DNA from: Vicugna vicugna
Taxonomy: Eukaryota
Direction of reading: 5' to 3'
Assembly (NCBI GenBank): GCA_013265495.1
Contig: MU057880.1
Span: forward strand, 526,527-590,526
Length of the DNA stretch: 64,000 nucleotides
Positions 52,461-64,000 of the stretch are shown in pieces (within the stretch, counting starts at the first letter, position 1; each line of letters starts with the position of its first letter). Below the pieces are notes generated by a model. The model had not been told where the DNA came from, made no database searches, and saw only the letters and a list, made by a program, of their open reading frames with translations. The position numbers were made by a program, and so were the translations under genes.

Positions 52461-54056
52461 GCCTCTGGTCTCCCCGCTCCTCCTCCTCTGCTCCCACCTG
52501 ACGTTCAGTAAATCACAGCTTCTCAGAGTCATTTCTACAAGGGATTGTGTGAGCCCAATATTGTTAAGCTCTTTTTTTTAAGGGCAAGTTGAAATGTAAT
52601 CCTAAACCAATACGTTCAACAAATATCTATGAGGTGCCTGCTATGTGCTAGGCACTAGAAAAGGGAAGTTGAGGAATGCACCCCATGCCTTTAAAGGGTC
52701 TTTGAGTTTAGCAGACACGTGGGTCCCACCCATGGGCGAGGAGGGCGGGGTGGCACCAACGGGCGAACGTCCCGGCAGAGTGAGCCCAGAGACGGTCTGA
52801 GCTGCCCGCACACCTCACCAAGAACTGTGGAGTCTCTCTGTTGGCAGCTGAGTGTCACGTAAGCTCACCATGCAAGGGAGCAACCAGGGAAAGTCTGAGC
52901 TTTTAAACGACAATATGGTGACACTGCGGAGGACGCCCTGGGGGCCTCGGGAGCTGCTCCCACAGAGCAAGTGACATCTGAGCAAAGGCCCTGGCGGTGA
53001 CAGAGGCAGGTGACTTGACAGATGCGGTCATTTCTAACTCTGGAGCGTGATTTGCCCCCCACCCAAAAAACACTGTCAGGGGAGAAAAGAGAGGTCAGAA
53101 CTGAGACTCAAAGAAACGTCTACAGCAGGTGACAAGCTATTTATTAAAGCTGTTAGAGACAGGAAAGGCATCCTGGACAGGGCACTAGCAGCCCCAGGGC
53201 CTGGACACACCGTAACCCCTGCTCCCCCCGCCCCCACAATGCTGCGGTGGCAACGCACAAAGCCAGCAGCGCCCCATGCCCACGCCCACCGTGCCTGCCC
53301 CGCACGCCCGAACCTCGCCGGGGCCGGGGGCACTGACCACCTGCCAGTGACCACTAGTATCAGCGGGCATTCAACACTCCTGTCACAGTTTCTCTCTCCC
53401 GTCCAGACTCCTCAGCGCCCACCACTGAACCCCCTAGCCCACCCACTGACTACGGCTCTGACCGTAAGATTCTGCGAAAAGGGTTTCACCCACTTCTGCA
53501 GTGACCTCCCTCCTCCCTGCACGGAGCTCCCCCCACTGGGTCACTGCCATCAGCGCACAAACACGCATCTTCGGGCTTTAAGGAAACAAATCCCCCTGAC
53601 CTCACAGCTCCAGCCAGGACCCCATCTCCCTGCTGATGAAATGATAAAACCTCTTTCCCCAGGGCCCGTCATCAGAGCACGATCTACTTCACTGAGGGGC
53701 TCCCCAGGTCACCTGTGACTCCCACGCTGTTACGTCCAAGGGCAGGTCTCTAGTCTCACCTTATTGATGCTCCCTGAAGCAGCGAACAAACAGACCCCTC
53801 TTCCTCCTCAAGACACTGTTACCCCTCGGCTTTGATGGCACACTGCGGGGGTCTCTGGGTGTGGCAGCCCCACGTCGCAGGCAGGCACACGGACACACCC
53901 AATAACACTGCAGGACAGAGGAGACAGAAGCATCCGCGGGCAGAGAGCTGCAGGTGAGCGGTGGACCGAGGTCGGGACAGACAGTTCAGGACTGCTAGCC
54001 AAGCGTCAGGCTGGGGCTCAAAGAGACACCACTAGTAACGGAGGGTGATGTCTGAT

Positions 54057-54200
54057 TCTGTTTTTTGTTGTTGTTGTTGTTTGAGGGGGGAGTAGGTTTA
54101 TGTATTCATTTATTTGTTTTTAACGGAGGCACTGGGGATGGAATCCAGGACCTCGCACCTGCTGGGCACACCCTCTACCACTGAGCTCTGCCCTCCCGCC
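54057..54200 (-). mobile_element. Diverged Vic-1-type SINE
   Basis: ggaggcactggggatggaatccaggacctcg...ctctaccactgagctctgccctccc. Confidence 0.75.
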
Positions 54201-54536
54201 TTGATGTTTGACCTGCGAAGTCGGTTCCATCATTTGCTCATCACTTTTGATCAGCCTTGTTGGTAAACGACCCTCCTGAGACATGAAGCTGCCAGCACAC
54301 CACCCCTTGTAGTGATTAGGGTTAACAGATTAATATTTTGAAAGGGCAATACATTGATCGTTTACTCTTGACAACTATCTGTTGAACCTAATAATTGCCC
54401 ATCCTGAGAAGCAGAATGCTTTGGTGATCTCAATACGGGTGTGTCAGTTTTTTAACTGCTTCTGGGCTGGATGTGGGGGAAATAATGGTCAAAGATTGTG
54501 GGAAAACAGTCAAGTCCCAGAGGACTGACTCACTGT

Positions 54537-54556
54537 CACACACACACACACACACA
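54537..54556. repeat. (CA)n microsatellite
   Basis: About 10 CA units. Confidence 0.85.
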
Positions 54557-54985
54557 ACTTTATGCATTCAGGTGTACATTTTCATCCAATTATGTATTCA
54601 GTTATACATGTGTTTATAAGTACAGATATTTTTAAGTTAAAACAGAAGTATGTTTCTATGACTCCCTGTCTAACCAACTATTTCATTAACTGTCCAACTA
54701 CAGGCTCCAATCACCCGCTTCTGCAAAACACTGTGATAAAGGAATGTATAAAACAATGTCTAAGAGGTAGTTCTTGTAGCTATTAGTCCTTACTCATTCT
54801 GCTGCCATCCACTAACTGTCGGTCATTTCAAGTAACAACTGAATAAAGTGCGACGGCTTCTCTTGGGAGGAAGGAAGGGAAGAGGAAGGGTCGGGGAGGG
54901 AGGAAGACTTTTTTCTTTTAAAGAAATATTAGAAACTTCCAACAGTGCTGGCCATAGAGGAAACTGATGAAAAGTGTATGCTATC

Positions 54986-56158
54986 AGCAGTGCTCCCCTA
55001 GGGCAGTCTGCCCAAGCAATAGAAATAAAAGCAAGAATAAACAAATGGGACCTAGTTAAACTTACAAGCTTTTGCACAGCAAAGGAAACCATAAGCAAAA
55101 CAAAACAGCAACCTATGAAATGGGAGAAAATATTTACAAAAGATGAAACTGACAAGGGCTTGATTTCCAGACTATATAAACAGCTCATATGCCTTAACAA
55201 GAAAAAAACCAAACAACCCAATCCGAAAATGGGCAGAAGACCTAAACAAGCAATTCTCCATTGAAGACATACGAGTAACCAATAGGCAAATGAAAAAAAT
55301 GCTCAATATCGCTAATTATCAGAGATGCAAATCAAAACTACAATGAGGTATCACCTCACATCAGCCAGAATGGCCATCATTCAAAAGTACACAAATGATA
55401 AATGCTGGAGAGGGTGTGGAGAAAAGGGAATCTTCCTATATTGTTTGTGGGAATGCAGTTTCGTGCAGCCATTGTGGAAAACAGTACAGAGATTCCTCAA
55501 AAGACTAAAAACAGACTTAACCATATGACCCAGCAATCCCACTCCTGGGCATATATCCAGAAGGAACCCTAATTCAAAGACACCTGCACCCCAATGTTCA
55601 TAGCAGCACTATTTACGATAGCCAAGAAATGGAAACAACCTAAATGCCCATTGAGAGATGACTGGATAAAGAAGATGTGGTGTATTTATACAATGAAATT
55701 CTACTCAGCTATAAAAAATGATAAAATAATGCCATTTGCAGCAACGTGGACAGACCTGGAGAATGTCATTCTAAGTGAAGCCAGAAAGAGAAAGAAAAAT
55801 ACCATATGCTATTACTCATATGTGGAATCTAATTAAATAAAAAAAAAGACAAATGAACTTATATATAAAACAGAAACAGATGTGCAGACATAGAATACAG
55901 ACTTGCGGTAGCCAGTGGGGAAGAGGGTGGGAAGGGATAGACTGGGAGTTCAAGATTTGTAGATACCGACTGGTATATATAAAATAAACAAGTTTATACT
56001 GTATAGCACAGGGAAATACATACAAGATCTTGTAGTAGCTCACGGTGAAAAAGAATATGAAAATGAATATATGTCTATTCATATGTGACTGAAGCATTGT
56101 GCTGTACACCAGAAACTGACACAACATTGTAAACTGACTGTACCTCAATTAAAAAAAA
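54986..56158 (+). mobile_element. 5'-truncated L1 (ORF2 C-terminus, 3'UTR, poly(A))
   Basis: ORF2 peptides ([40 protein letters not shown]); TSD aaaagtg(t/c)atg(c/t)tatca. Confidence 0.93.
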
Positions 56159-56258
56159 AAAGTGCATGTTATCACTTCATTTAATCCCGTTATAAGTTAC
56201 TGCTATCTTCTCATGTAAGAAGGGATGTAAGACCAATGTGTTATTTTAAAAACTCGAT

Positions 56259-56392
56259 GGGGGGGGCAGACTATAGCTCAAGTGGAAGAGGGCATGTTTA
56301 GTGTGCATGAGGTTCTGGGTTTGATCTCTAGTACCTCTTCTAAGAATAAATAAACAAATAAATAAACCTAATTGCCGCTCCCCCCCCAAAAA
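56259..56392 (+). mobile_element. Vic-1-type SINE
   Basis: tRNA-like head plus aataaacctaattgcc tail; perfect flanking repeat tttaaaaactcgatg. Confidence 0.85.
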
Positions 56393-59300
56393 ACTTTAAA
56401 AACTCGATGAGGACAGTTTTAAGGTGATTTGTAGTTTTTCTTTTGTTTTCCTATTTTTCCCATCCCTTCCTCCCCAGTTTAATCTGTGCCGTTCCTGTTG
56501 GATGTCGCCAGTACCTGAAGGAAAACCTCACCGGCCGTGTACCACTTCCAGAACTCTGACCCCCAGTTAACGTCCAATAAAGGTACCTTCCGCCAGTGAG
56601 TTTTTTTCAAAATGCCACACTCCATCTCCAATGAGGCACCACAAGACACAGCAAATGTGCACCCTTTCAAGAAGATGGTGTCCACGTGGAATGAGGGACA
56701 CATAACTGTGCCTCCAGTCCCCACCCCACAGACACAGAATTATCCTTCCACTGTTTCACCCACTTCCACTACTGGGGGAAAAAAACCAGCAAGTTCTCAG
56801 CAATCAATTAACTTACCCCACAGCACTGGCAGGCAGAAAGGAGGCCTGCGATTTTTAGACTCAAGTAGCTCGTTGTTTGTCATGTGAATCGTACAGTATT
56901 CCAGCCTCTCAGAACTGATTAGCTCAATGTCTTGTTTCCCACTTATCCTCATCAGAGCTGCCAGCTCTAATTTAAAATGGGATTACGGCGGGTACCACGG
57001 CGTAATGTTCCTCCCGAGACTGTGGTGGACCTGGGATGGATGGAGGGAAAGGCTCTGGACCGTGGCCTGGCCGTCCCCGGAGAGATAAACAATACACGTG
57101 CTTCTCCCAGCCTCCCGCCCGTGTCACCTGAGACCCACCCACCTGCAGTCTGGGCCTTTCCAGCCGGGTCTGCACACCTTTAAACTGGACGTCCTCAGCG
57201 ATGCTTCCACAGCCCCTGCACGCCCGATAGAGCACCCCTACCCTAGATGAGCAATCCTGTCCTCGGGCTTCCACTCGAGGAAGGGGCTCCTCGCCATGTC
57301 TGCATTTCCTCCCAACCACGTCCAACAGTCTAAGTCAGAAACCCAACTCCAAACTCACTTATCTAGGAGCCCCCTCTGACTGATTACCACATACACTAAA
57401 ATATTGTCTTTGATGGGATTTTGCACTCGCTGTGGACTTGGCTGCGTTAATTTACACTCCACCATGTAACAACCCCGAGGCAATTTCCTCATGCCGCACA
57501 CACGACCACCTCACCTGCCCAGCCAGACCTTCGCGTGCGTGACTGTCGCTTCCACTGGGAACTCCAGAACCAAGGGACCAAATGGCAGGAGTGAATGCAA
57601 GTTTCAGCTGATGTTGGAAGTACCATGGAAATAACGCCTCAAAACTGCAATTCTACCAAACCTACTTTAGAATGAGGCAGAACTACCATATATATGAAAA
57701 GGGCCTGTGAACCAGCCCAAAACTGTGACAGCATTTCAAGGTTCAGCCTTCCCACGGACAGGGCTTTGCCAGTCATGGATGTAATTTCCTACGACATTTG
57801 TAGTGTTAGGTTACTCTGACTGCTAGGTCTGCAGCCTGACAAAACCTGGCAGCTGGACCCTCCCGTCCGTGCACTGCAAGCCTTCACCCGCCTGTGTAGG
57901 CCTTTGTTGCCAGGCCGTCTGGCTCCCAGTGTTAATTACCAACCTTCTCTTGGCACCTTCCAGGTTCCTAGGCTAACAGCTACCCTGGCCTTGTCTTTCA
58001 ACCTTACGGCCCTGCCCTGGCACCACGCAGGTATGCAGGGAAGGGACTGTTGACCACTTGCTCAGGATATGAAAAATACAGACAGGTTTTAACTGTCAGA
58101 GCAATAAAAATACTGCTTGTTTATGATTAAATACAGTGCACATGATCATTTCACTTCTCTGGGGGCCCCCATGATAAAACTGACTCCACTGACAAAATCA
58201 GATTCAGTGTTTTAATAAGAGTGTTTTCACCCCACCCCCCAGGATTGTGACCAACATAAATTCAAAAGAGAGTCTGTATAATAATAATGCTTTGTGTCTT
58301 AAATATCTACTGTACTGATTTTTTTTGCAAATACATGCAAAAATGATCACTACATTAGTTGAAAAGGATTCCAGCTGTGAGTTAATATACAACCTAGATA
58401 AACGATCTCCTTCTCTAATAAACAATCCAAACAGTGAGGTGAAAGTTTAGAAACACAGTGCAAACCTAGCTTTAGTATCTAAATCAGAATTATCAGCCTT
58501 TCCAAGAAGTCAGCAGCCAGAAAATCACATTCATCCAAGTTATGATACTGTGATTTTACTGTAAACAGGACTCAGCAGACACAGTGGGGCAATGTTAAAA
58601 GTGAGAAAACTTAAAGTACATAACAATTTCTACTACACTTTCTTAAATACACTGATTCAGAGAATATTAGGGCAATAAACTTTGTTGGTATTTTCCTGCC
58701 CATTATGTACAAAAAACCAAATACTCTTTAAAAACCACTTCTAAACCTGCAACTTCAGCTAAGATAATTTTCATCTATTGCTGTCCAGCCCCGGGGCTGC
58801 TGCAAATGATGCCTTTGAGAAAATTAGTGGGAAGAACTCCTTCCTCAACTTACTTCACCAACCTCTGCCTGTCACTGTCCTAACACACCAACCCACCACG
58901 GCTATGGGTGTAAACAGCATGTCAGAGAGTTGTGCAGTGCACAACCTGAACAACTCAGTGACCACAACTGCTTCGTTCACAGGCTTGGGAAAACACATGC
59001 TGCTTATACTGTTTCTATATTCACCTACCGTGAGGGTCCCCTCTGGCATTTTTGGAAATGAGAACGAGACTAACTTTTGCTGGATTCCTGCGTTATCTCT
59101 GCTCACCATCTTTCTGATCACACGAAGATGCTGAATTTATTTTAAATTAGACTTTAGGAAAAACAAATATACCTATAAACTGCACCTTGTTTCAAGAACA
59201 TAAATGGCACTCCAAACAAGAGCTTGGCTTTGTCTTAGGGCAGCATTATATGTAACAATATTACAAGTGACACCACAGTCACTTGTGCAAATATCCAAGT

Positions 59301-59552
59301 TTCAAAACTTGGTACACTTCAAACAGGTTTAGGATAAAACTCATAAAGCAACATTCGTATCAGTGAAACGGCTTGGAGCAGGGCCAAGTGAGCAGGCTGC
59401 CACTGACAGTCACAAAAATGCGTAAGTTCCATAAAAGTTAAAAGTCTTAGCAAGGAACAACAATCATGCTTGAATGACCAAAGTAAAGTATAACCAAAAC
59501 CCACTTTTATTTGTGGTTTTTGAGAGAAAATAAAAATAAAAATGAAAAGTAA

Positions 59553-59703
59553 AGGGGTGGGGGCGGGGAGAGCTCAGTGGTAGAGTACGTGCTTAGCATG
59601 CACAAGGTCCTGGGTTCAATCCCCAGTACCTCTGTTAAAAATAAACAAACAAATAAATAAATCTAATTACCTCTCCCCCCAAAAAACCAAACTCAAAAAA
59701 AAA
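59553..59703 (+). mobile_element. Vic-1-type SINE
   Basis: agctcagtggtagagtacgtgcttagcatgcacaaggtcctgggttcaatccccagtacctc. Confidence 0.85.
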
Positions 59704-59922
59704 GCTGAAATTAGTTAATTAATTTTAAAAATATAAAATGCTGACCTAAATGTCAACTGAGGAATTCAGTGACGCTAAAGAAATTTGGAAGCCAAACGAC
59801 AGGCTTTCTGCAACGTCCATCACCCTTCTCGCTTAATGGTGTCAGGTGTCAGAGCAATTTCATGAGAAGTAGTTAAAAACATGAAAATGTCGTCCAAAGT
59901 ACTTTGATCCAGAACTAACCGT

Positions 59923-60047
59923 TGGGGGTGGGGTATAGCTCAAGTGGTCCAGCGTGTACTTAGCATGCACAAGGTCCTGGGTTCAATCCCCAGTACCTCC
60001 TCTAAAAATAAACAAAATAAATTATCCCCCCTTCAAAAAAAAAAAAA
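59923..60047 (+). mobile_element. Vic-1-type SINE
   Basis: ggggtatagctcaagtgg...ggttcaatccccagtacctcc; flanking actaac(c/t)gtt. Confidence 0.85.
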
Positions 60048-61164
60048 ACACTAACTGTTTGAGCTGAATCACCTGTCAAAATGAGTTGACACTTTCAAGA
60101 GAACAATCAGGTTACTTATTACGTGTACTGATAGCCAGTCTCCAGGCTGACAGGATAAAAACATGGTAAATGTGGAGTCCTCTGTGAACCAGTTGTTTTG
60201 TAAAAACAGACTGTTACTAACACCTAATCCATATTGTGCTTTAACCAAACCTCAGTGTTTCCTGGAATCACTAATGTCCACCTTTAACGCAGCCCCGTAG
60301 AGGCTCCTTCCAACAAGAACAATCTCAGTGCTATTCCTAAGGCCACATCTCCAAAGGAAACAAACAACGTGGACACGGCCGAGGCTGCCAGGTGCAGCAT
60401 GAGGAAATCGCCTATATTTAGCACCGGCTTATCATTCCGCCTGGAACGCTACTCCAGCCTTCATGCCACAAGAGTCCTGACTCGCGAGCATCTGACATCC
60501 AGCCAGAGAGAGTCGCTTATGGCATCTTTGAAAATAATTAGACATGGGATCCAATGTGCTCATGAAACAAGGCTGAACTGCAAGTCCCCTTTCTTCTGGA
60601 ACAGCAGCTTTCCGAACACTGGGTCCCCTGTCCGGAAGTTAGGACAAGCTGTGACTTGACCAGCTGACAGTGGCTGGTTGTCAGGAAAAGACCACCCCGG
60701 GCTCCTCTGCCGTTCTGGGAATTGTCCACAGACTTGTACAACAGACCTCGCAGAGCGATGGTGAGGAAGCCACCAACCTCGGTTCTCTCCAAGATGCATA
60801 AATTTTAAATCACATTCACTATAGCATTATTTGTAAGAAAAAGTATCAAAAATTTACCCTTTACAATTATTAACTGAATTGTGGGAAGTTCAAATAACTG
60901 AACATTAAACAGACATCAAAATGTATAAAGACGAAGACTTTACAAAGAGTTTTTGATGTTACAAGGCAAGTGTACGTATACATATTCTTTAACTGAAAGA
61001 GCAAGATATTAAACCATTTATAAAGCACGCTCTTAAGTATGCAGAACACATACACATAAGACTAGACTGGAAAAGCCCAGAGTATTCAAGAATGATGATC
61101 TTGGATGAGAGACTTCAGGTGGTATGTTTCCTTCTCTGTACTGCTGATGATTTTTAAAAATATC

Positions 61165-61312
61165 TTATTTATTTATTTTTTTATTTTGTTTCGGGGGGAG
61201 GCAATTAGGTTTATTTATTTATTTCCTTATTTTTGGAGGAGGTACTGGGGATTGAATCCAGGACCTCATGCGTGCTAAGCACGCGCTCTACCACTGAGCT
61301 GTACCCTCCCCC
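61165..61312 (-). mobile_element. Vic-1-type SINE
   Basis: gaggtactggggattgaatccaggacc...ctaccactgagctgtaccctcccc; flanking tgctgat(g/c)attt. Confidence 0.85.
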
Positions 61313-61964
61313 TTGCTGATCATTTATATAGCAATTATGATTGCTTTTCACATTAAAATTATACGTAATTTTTAAAATATTCTGATGCTTGAATATTATT
61401 TGCCTATACCCACACCCAAGTTCAGAAACAGAGGCAGAGCCTCCAGGAAGAGAACAGAGGGTAGGTCCTGTGTCGGAAGAGCAGGACAGTGGGCAGCGTT
61501 CCCTCTCTGCTCCTCAGGACACAAGCCCTCGAGCCACAGGGCCCACCCATGGGGGGCGCAGGCCTCCTGGGCAGAATCTGGGGGCACCCCCAGCAGCTGC
61601 ACCTCTGGGCTCCTCAGTTATGAAAGCAGGTCACCCTCGCACCCACCCCGAAGGGCAGTCATGAAATTGCACGACTGGACAGACACAAAGCTTCTTGGAC
61701 GACGCCTGCGAGCGGACAGCACTCCCTGTCAAAGCCCGAGCTGCTCTCCCATCACCGCATTCCAGGACGACTGTCACCTCCCTCTGGGACGACGCCAGCA
61801 CCAGGACATCCCGCCCCTGCCACTGTTAAGGACAACAGACCTGCCTGGCGTTCCCTCTTGTCTCTCGCCTCTCATCTCTGTGGCATTTCCTCCCTGATCT
61901 GTCACTTTTTCCTTCTGCTAACTTAAGGTTTTGTTTGTCCTTCTGTCTCTAATTCTTTTAAGTG

Positions 61965-62270
61965 GTTGATTTACTGAACAGAGACAGACTCACACACAGA
62001 AAACACACCTACGGTTACCAAAGGGGGAAAGAGGAGAGGGACAAACTGGGAGTTTGGGATTAACAGACGCAAACCACTGTATATAAAGCAAAGAAACAGC
62101 AAGTTTCCACTGCACAGCACAGGGAACTAGATTCAGTATCTTGTAATCATCTAGAATGAGAAAGGATATGAAAATGAATATATACATGTTTAACTGAATC
62201 ACTACACGGTACACCAGAAACTAACACAACATTGTAAACCAACTACATTTCAATAAAAAATAAAAAAAGA
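61965..62270 (+). mobile_element. L1 3'UTR terminal fragment
   Basis: gagacagactcacacacagaaaacacacctacggttaccaaaggg...catttcaataaaaaataaaaaaa. Confidence 0.85.
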
Positions 62271-63400
62271 ACCGCCACCACCAAACCGGCAGCAGGGCGC
62301 CTCTCCGTTGGGGGGCCGGCCGACCTGACCTGGGGGACGCCGAGGACAAGGAGGCCTGGCCCCGCGCTGGAGGCCGCGCTGCACCCCGGCCTTCCTCACT
62401 GCCGCCTGGGCCCAGCCCGGCCCCCTGGGCGTCCCCTAGAACAACAGAAACCACCTCTCCCGGCTCACTCGCTCTTCCTACAGAAACACGTGCACATCTT
62501 CAGAGCACTGTCTTACCACGTCCCTGGCCCGTTCAGGAGGACTCATCAGGGCTATACTCTCACATTCTGACGAGAGTGAGGTTACAGGAGGTGGGGCAGG
62601 AGGGGCACAGGCCACCACGCTTTAATTAATGTAGTCAATTTAAAAAAAAATACTTATTTAGTAATTTTAAATAAAGATATGAAATCAGTTAAGATTTTAA
62701 AAAGCCTTTAATCAAAATAAACATACTTAACTGTGAAAAGCGCACAGTTGGGGGAGAACAACTGAAACTGGGGGTCTCTGGAGCACCAGGACCCCTGCAG
62801 AGGCAGCCAGGCCAGTGCACGGCGCCCCGCCCGCCCACCAGACCCGGTCTGCAGGGTCTGGAGAAAAGACCCAGGCATCAGGGTCAAGCGTGCCAGCGCT
62901 GGGGACGAGGGCGCTCCGCAGCAGTCAGCACAGGGGAGCCGAGTCCCTGGGAGGGCAGCCCCAATGGCCGAAGGGGGCCCTGCACACGGCCTGGCAGCAG
63001 ACAGACAGGCGGCCACCCGCCCCGCTCCCCGCTCCCCGCTCCAAGTCCCCTGGCCCCGGGGACCCCTCCCTGCCTCTCTGCAGACTCGAGTGAAGCCCGT
63101 CACAGACACAAGTCTATTCCTGACCAACGCACGGGCGCTGCCTGACCTGGTGTGGTCATGTCACATGTGCAAAATACAAAGAAGTCAACGGAGAGACTCA
63201 GTCCCCCCACCTTTCCTCTGTCCTCCCCCTTAAGAGGCTGGAACTGGGGCTACAACATTCAACAGTCCTTTCTTAAAGATCTCTATGCCAGCAGCCGAGG
63301 TGCGGCCCCGCTCTGCCAGAAGAGAGAGGCAGAGAGAGGAACTCCACAGAAGGACGGCCAGCTTCGTGGAAGCGGGACCACAGAAACGTGTGCACAGTAC

Positions 63401-63484
63401 CTGCTGCGTGGAAGAAACATGGACTCCTTAATGAACACGGAACCAGAGAGCAGGATATACCAGCAGGTCCCAATATCATCAGGG
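63401..63484 (-). CDS. RAPGEF2: RAPGEF2 long-isoform internal coding exon (84 nt): (Y)PDDIGTCWYILLSGSVFIKESMFLPRS(S), part of the N-terminal cNMP-binding-like region
   Basis: Acceptor cttttctttcag and donor CAG|gtactg on the minus strand. Translation matches the RAPGEF2 long N-terminus as I recall it. It ends with AG, which the first T of the 34415 exon completes to Ser. Confidence 0.95.
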
Positions 63485-64000
63485 CTGAAAGAAAAGACAA
63501 TAAAATTAGGTAGTTATCTCTAACCAAAAAAATAAAAATAAAAAACATACATAGCACCAAGTATAGTACCCATGCTAATCCTAGAATCCTGAAAAAAAAT
63601 GAATAGCATAAAACAGGCACACAAAATATCATTATTTAGCTATTGGAGTCCATTTTTTATTACCCAAATAAGCTACATGTATTTATCAGCATACTTAAAT
63701 GTTTTAAATGTTCCTCAGACCTACAGCACTTTATTTTATTTTTTATAAGTTTTATTCTTTCATCTAATTTTTTCAATCTGAAAAGACTTCCCCTTGCTTC
63801 ATAAAACAAAAAATATAAAGAGGTCAACAGTGAGACTCAGTTCCCCCGCTTTCCCTGTCCACCAAGCTCCCACGTCCCTGCACCAGATGTGCTGGAATTC
63901 TTTCAGAGTTTCCTTACACACACGTACACAAAAATGGGCCCATTCTTATGCCCTCCTCCACCTTTTTTTCCATTTTACAGCACAGACAGCATGCTGTACA

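Noticed and set aside
51877..53718. Long ORFs of 206 and 223 aa (also 40387-40899 and 61385-61897)
   Set aside because: Stop-poor GC-rich sequence with ORFs overlapping in several frames, no recognisable domain, partly L2-like.
1..64000. CRISPR arrays, operons or a novel multi-gene system
   Set aside because: The sequence is a mammalian gene interior; no regularly spaced repeat-spacer array or dense coding region is present.

Overview
Mammalian genomic DNA, most likely camelid (about 14 copies of a tRNA-Ala-derived Vic-1-type SINE plus artiodactyl-type L1 ends). The whole window lies inside RAPGEF2 (PDZ-GEF1) on the minus strand. Four internal coding exons of the long isoform are present and splice in frame: 63401-63484, 34340-34415, 32076-32243 and an 18-nt microexon at 29698-29715. 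The large downstream intron holds two alternative first coding exons, 10609-10662 (MAFLVRCYANCLQPWSSK) and 9689-9748 (MKPLATPANHGVTGQQEKHS), plus a weaker 21-nt candidate (25641-25661). The rest is intronic: SINEs, L1, L2, MIR, Charlie/hAT and microsatellites. Nearly all ORF-track entries are spurious or decayed L1 ORF2. I see no novel multi-gene system. The most interesting signals are the set of phase-0 alternative N-termini, a uORF whose stop overlaps the MKPL start codon, a TSD-flanked L1 5'+3' fusion element and a 99-nt intronic hairpin. Repeat boundaries are approximate, and family names come from recognition rather than a database search.
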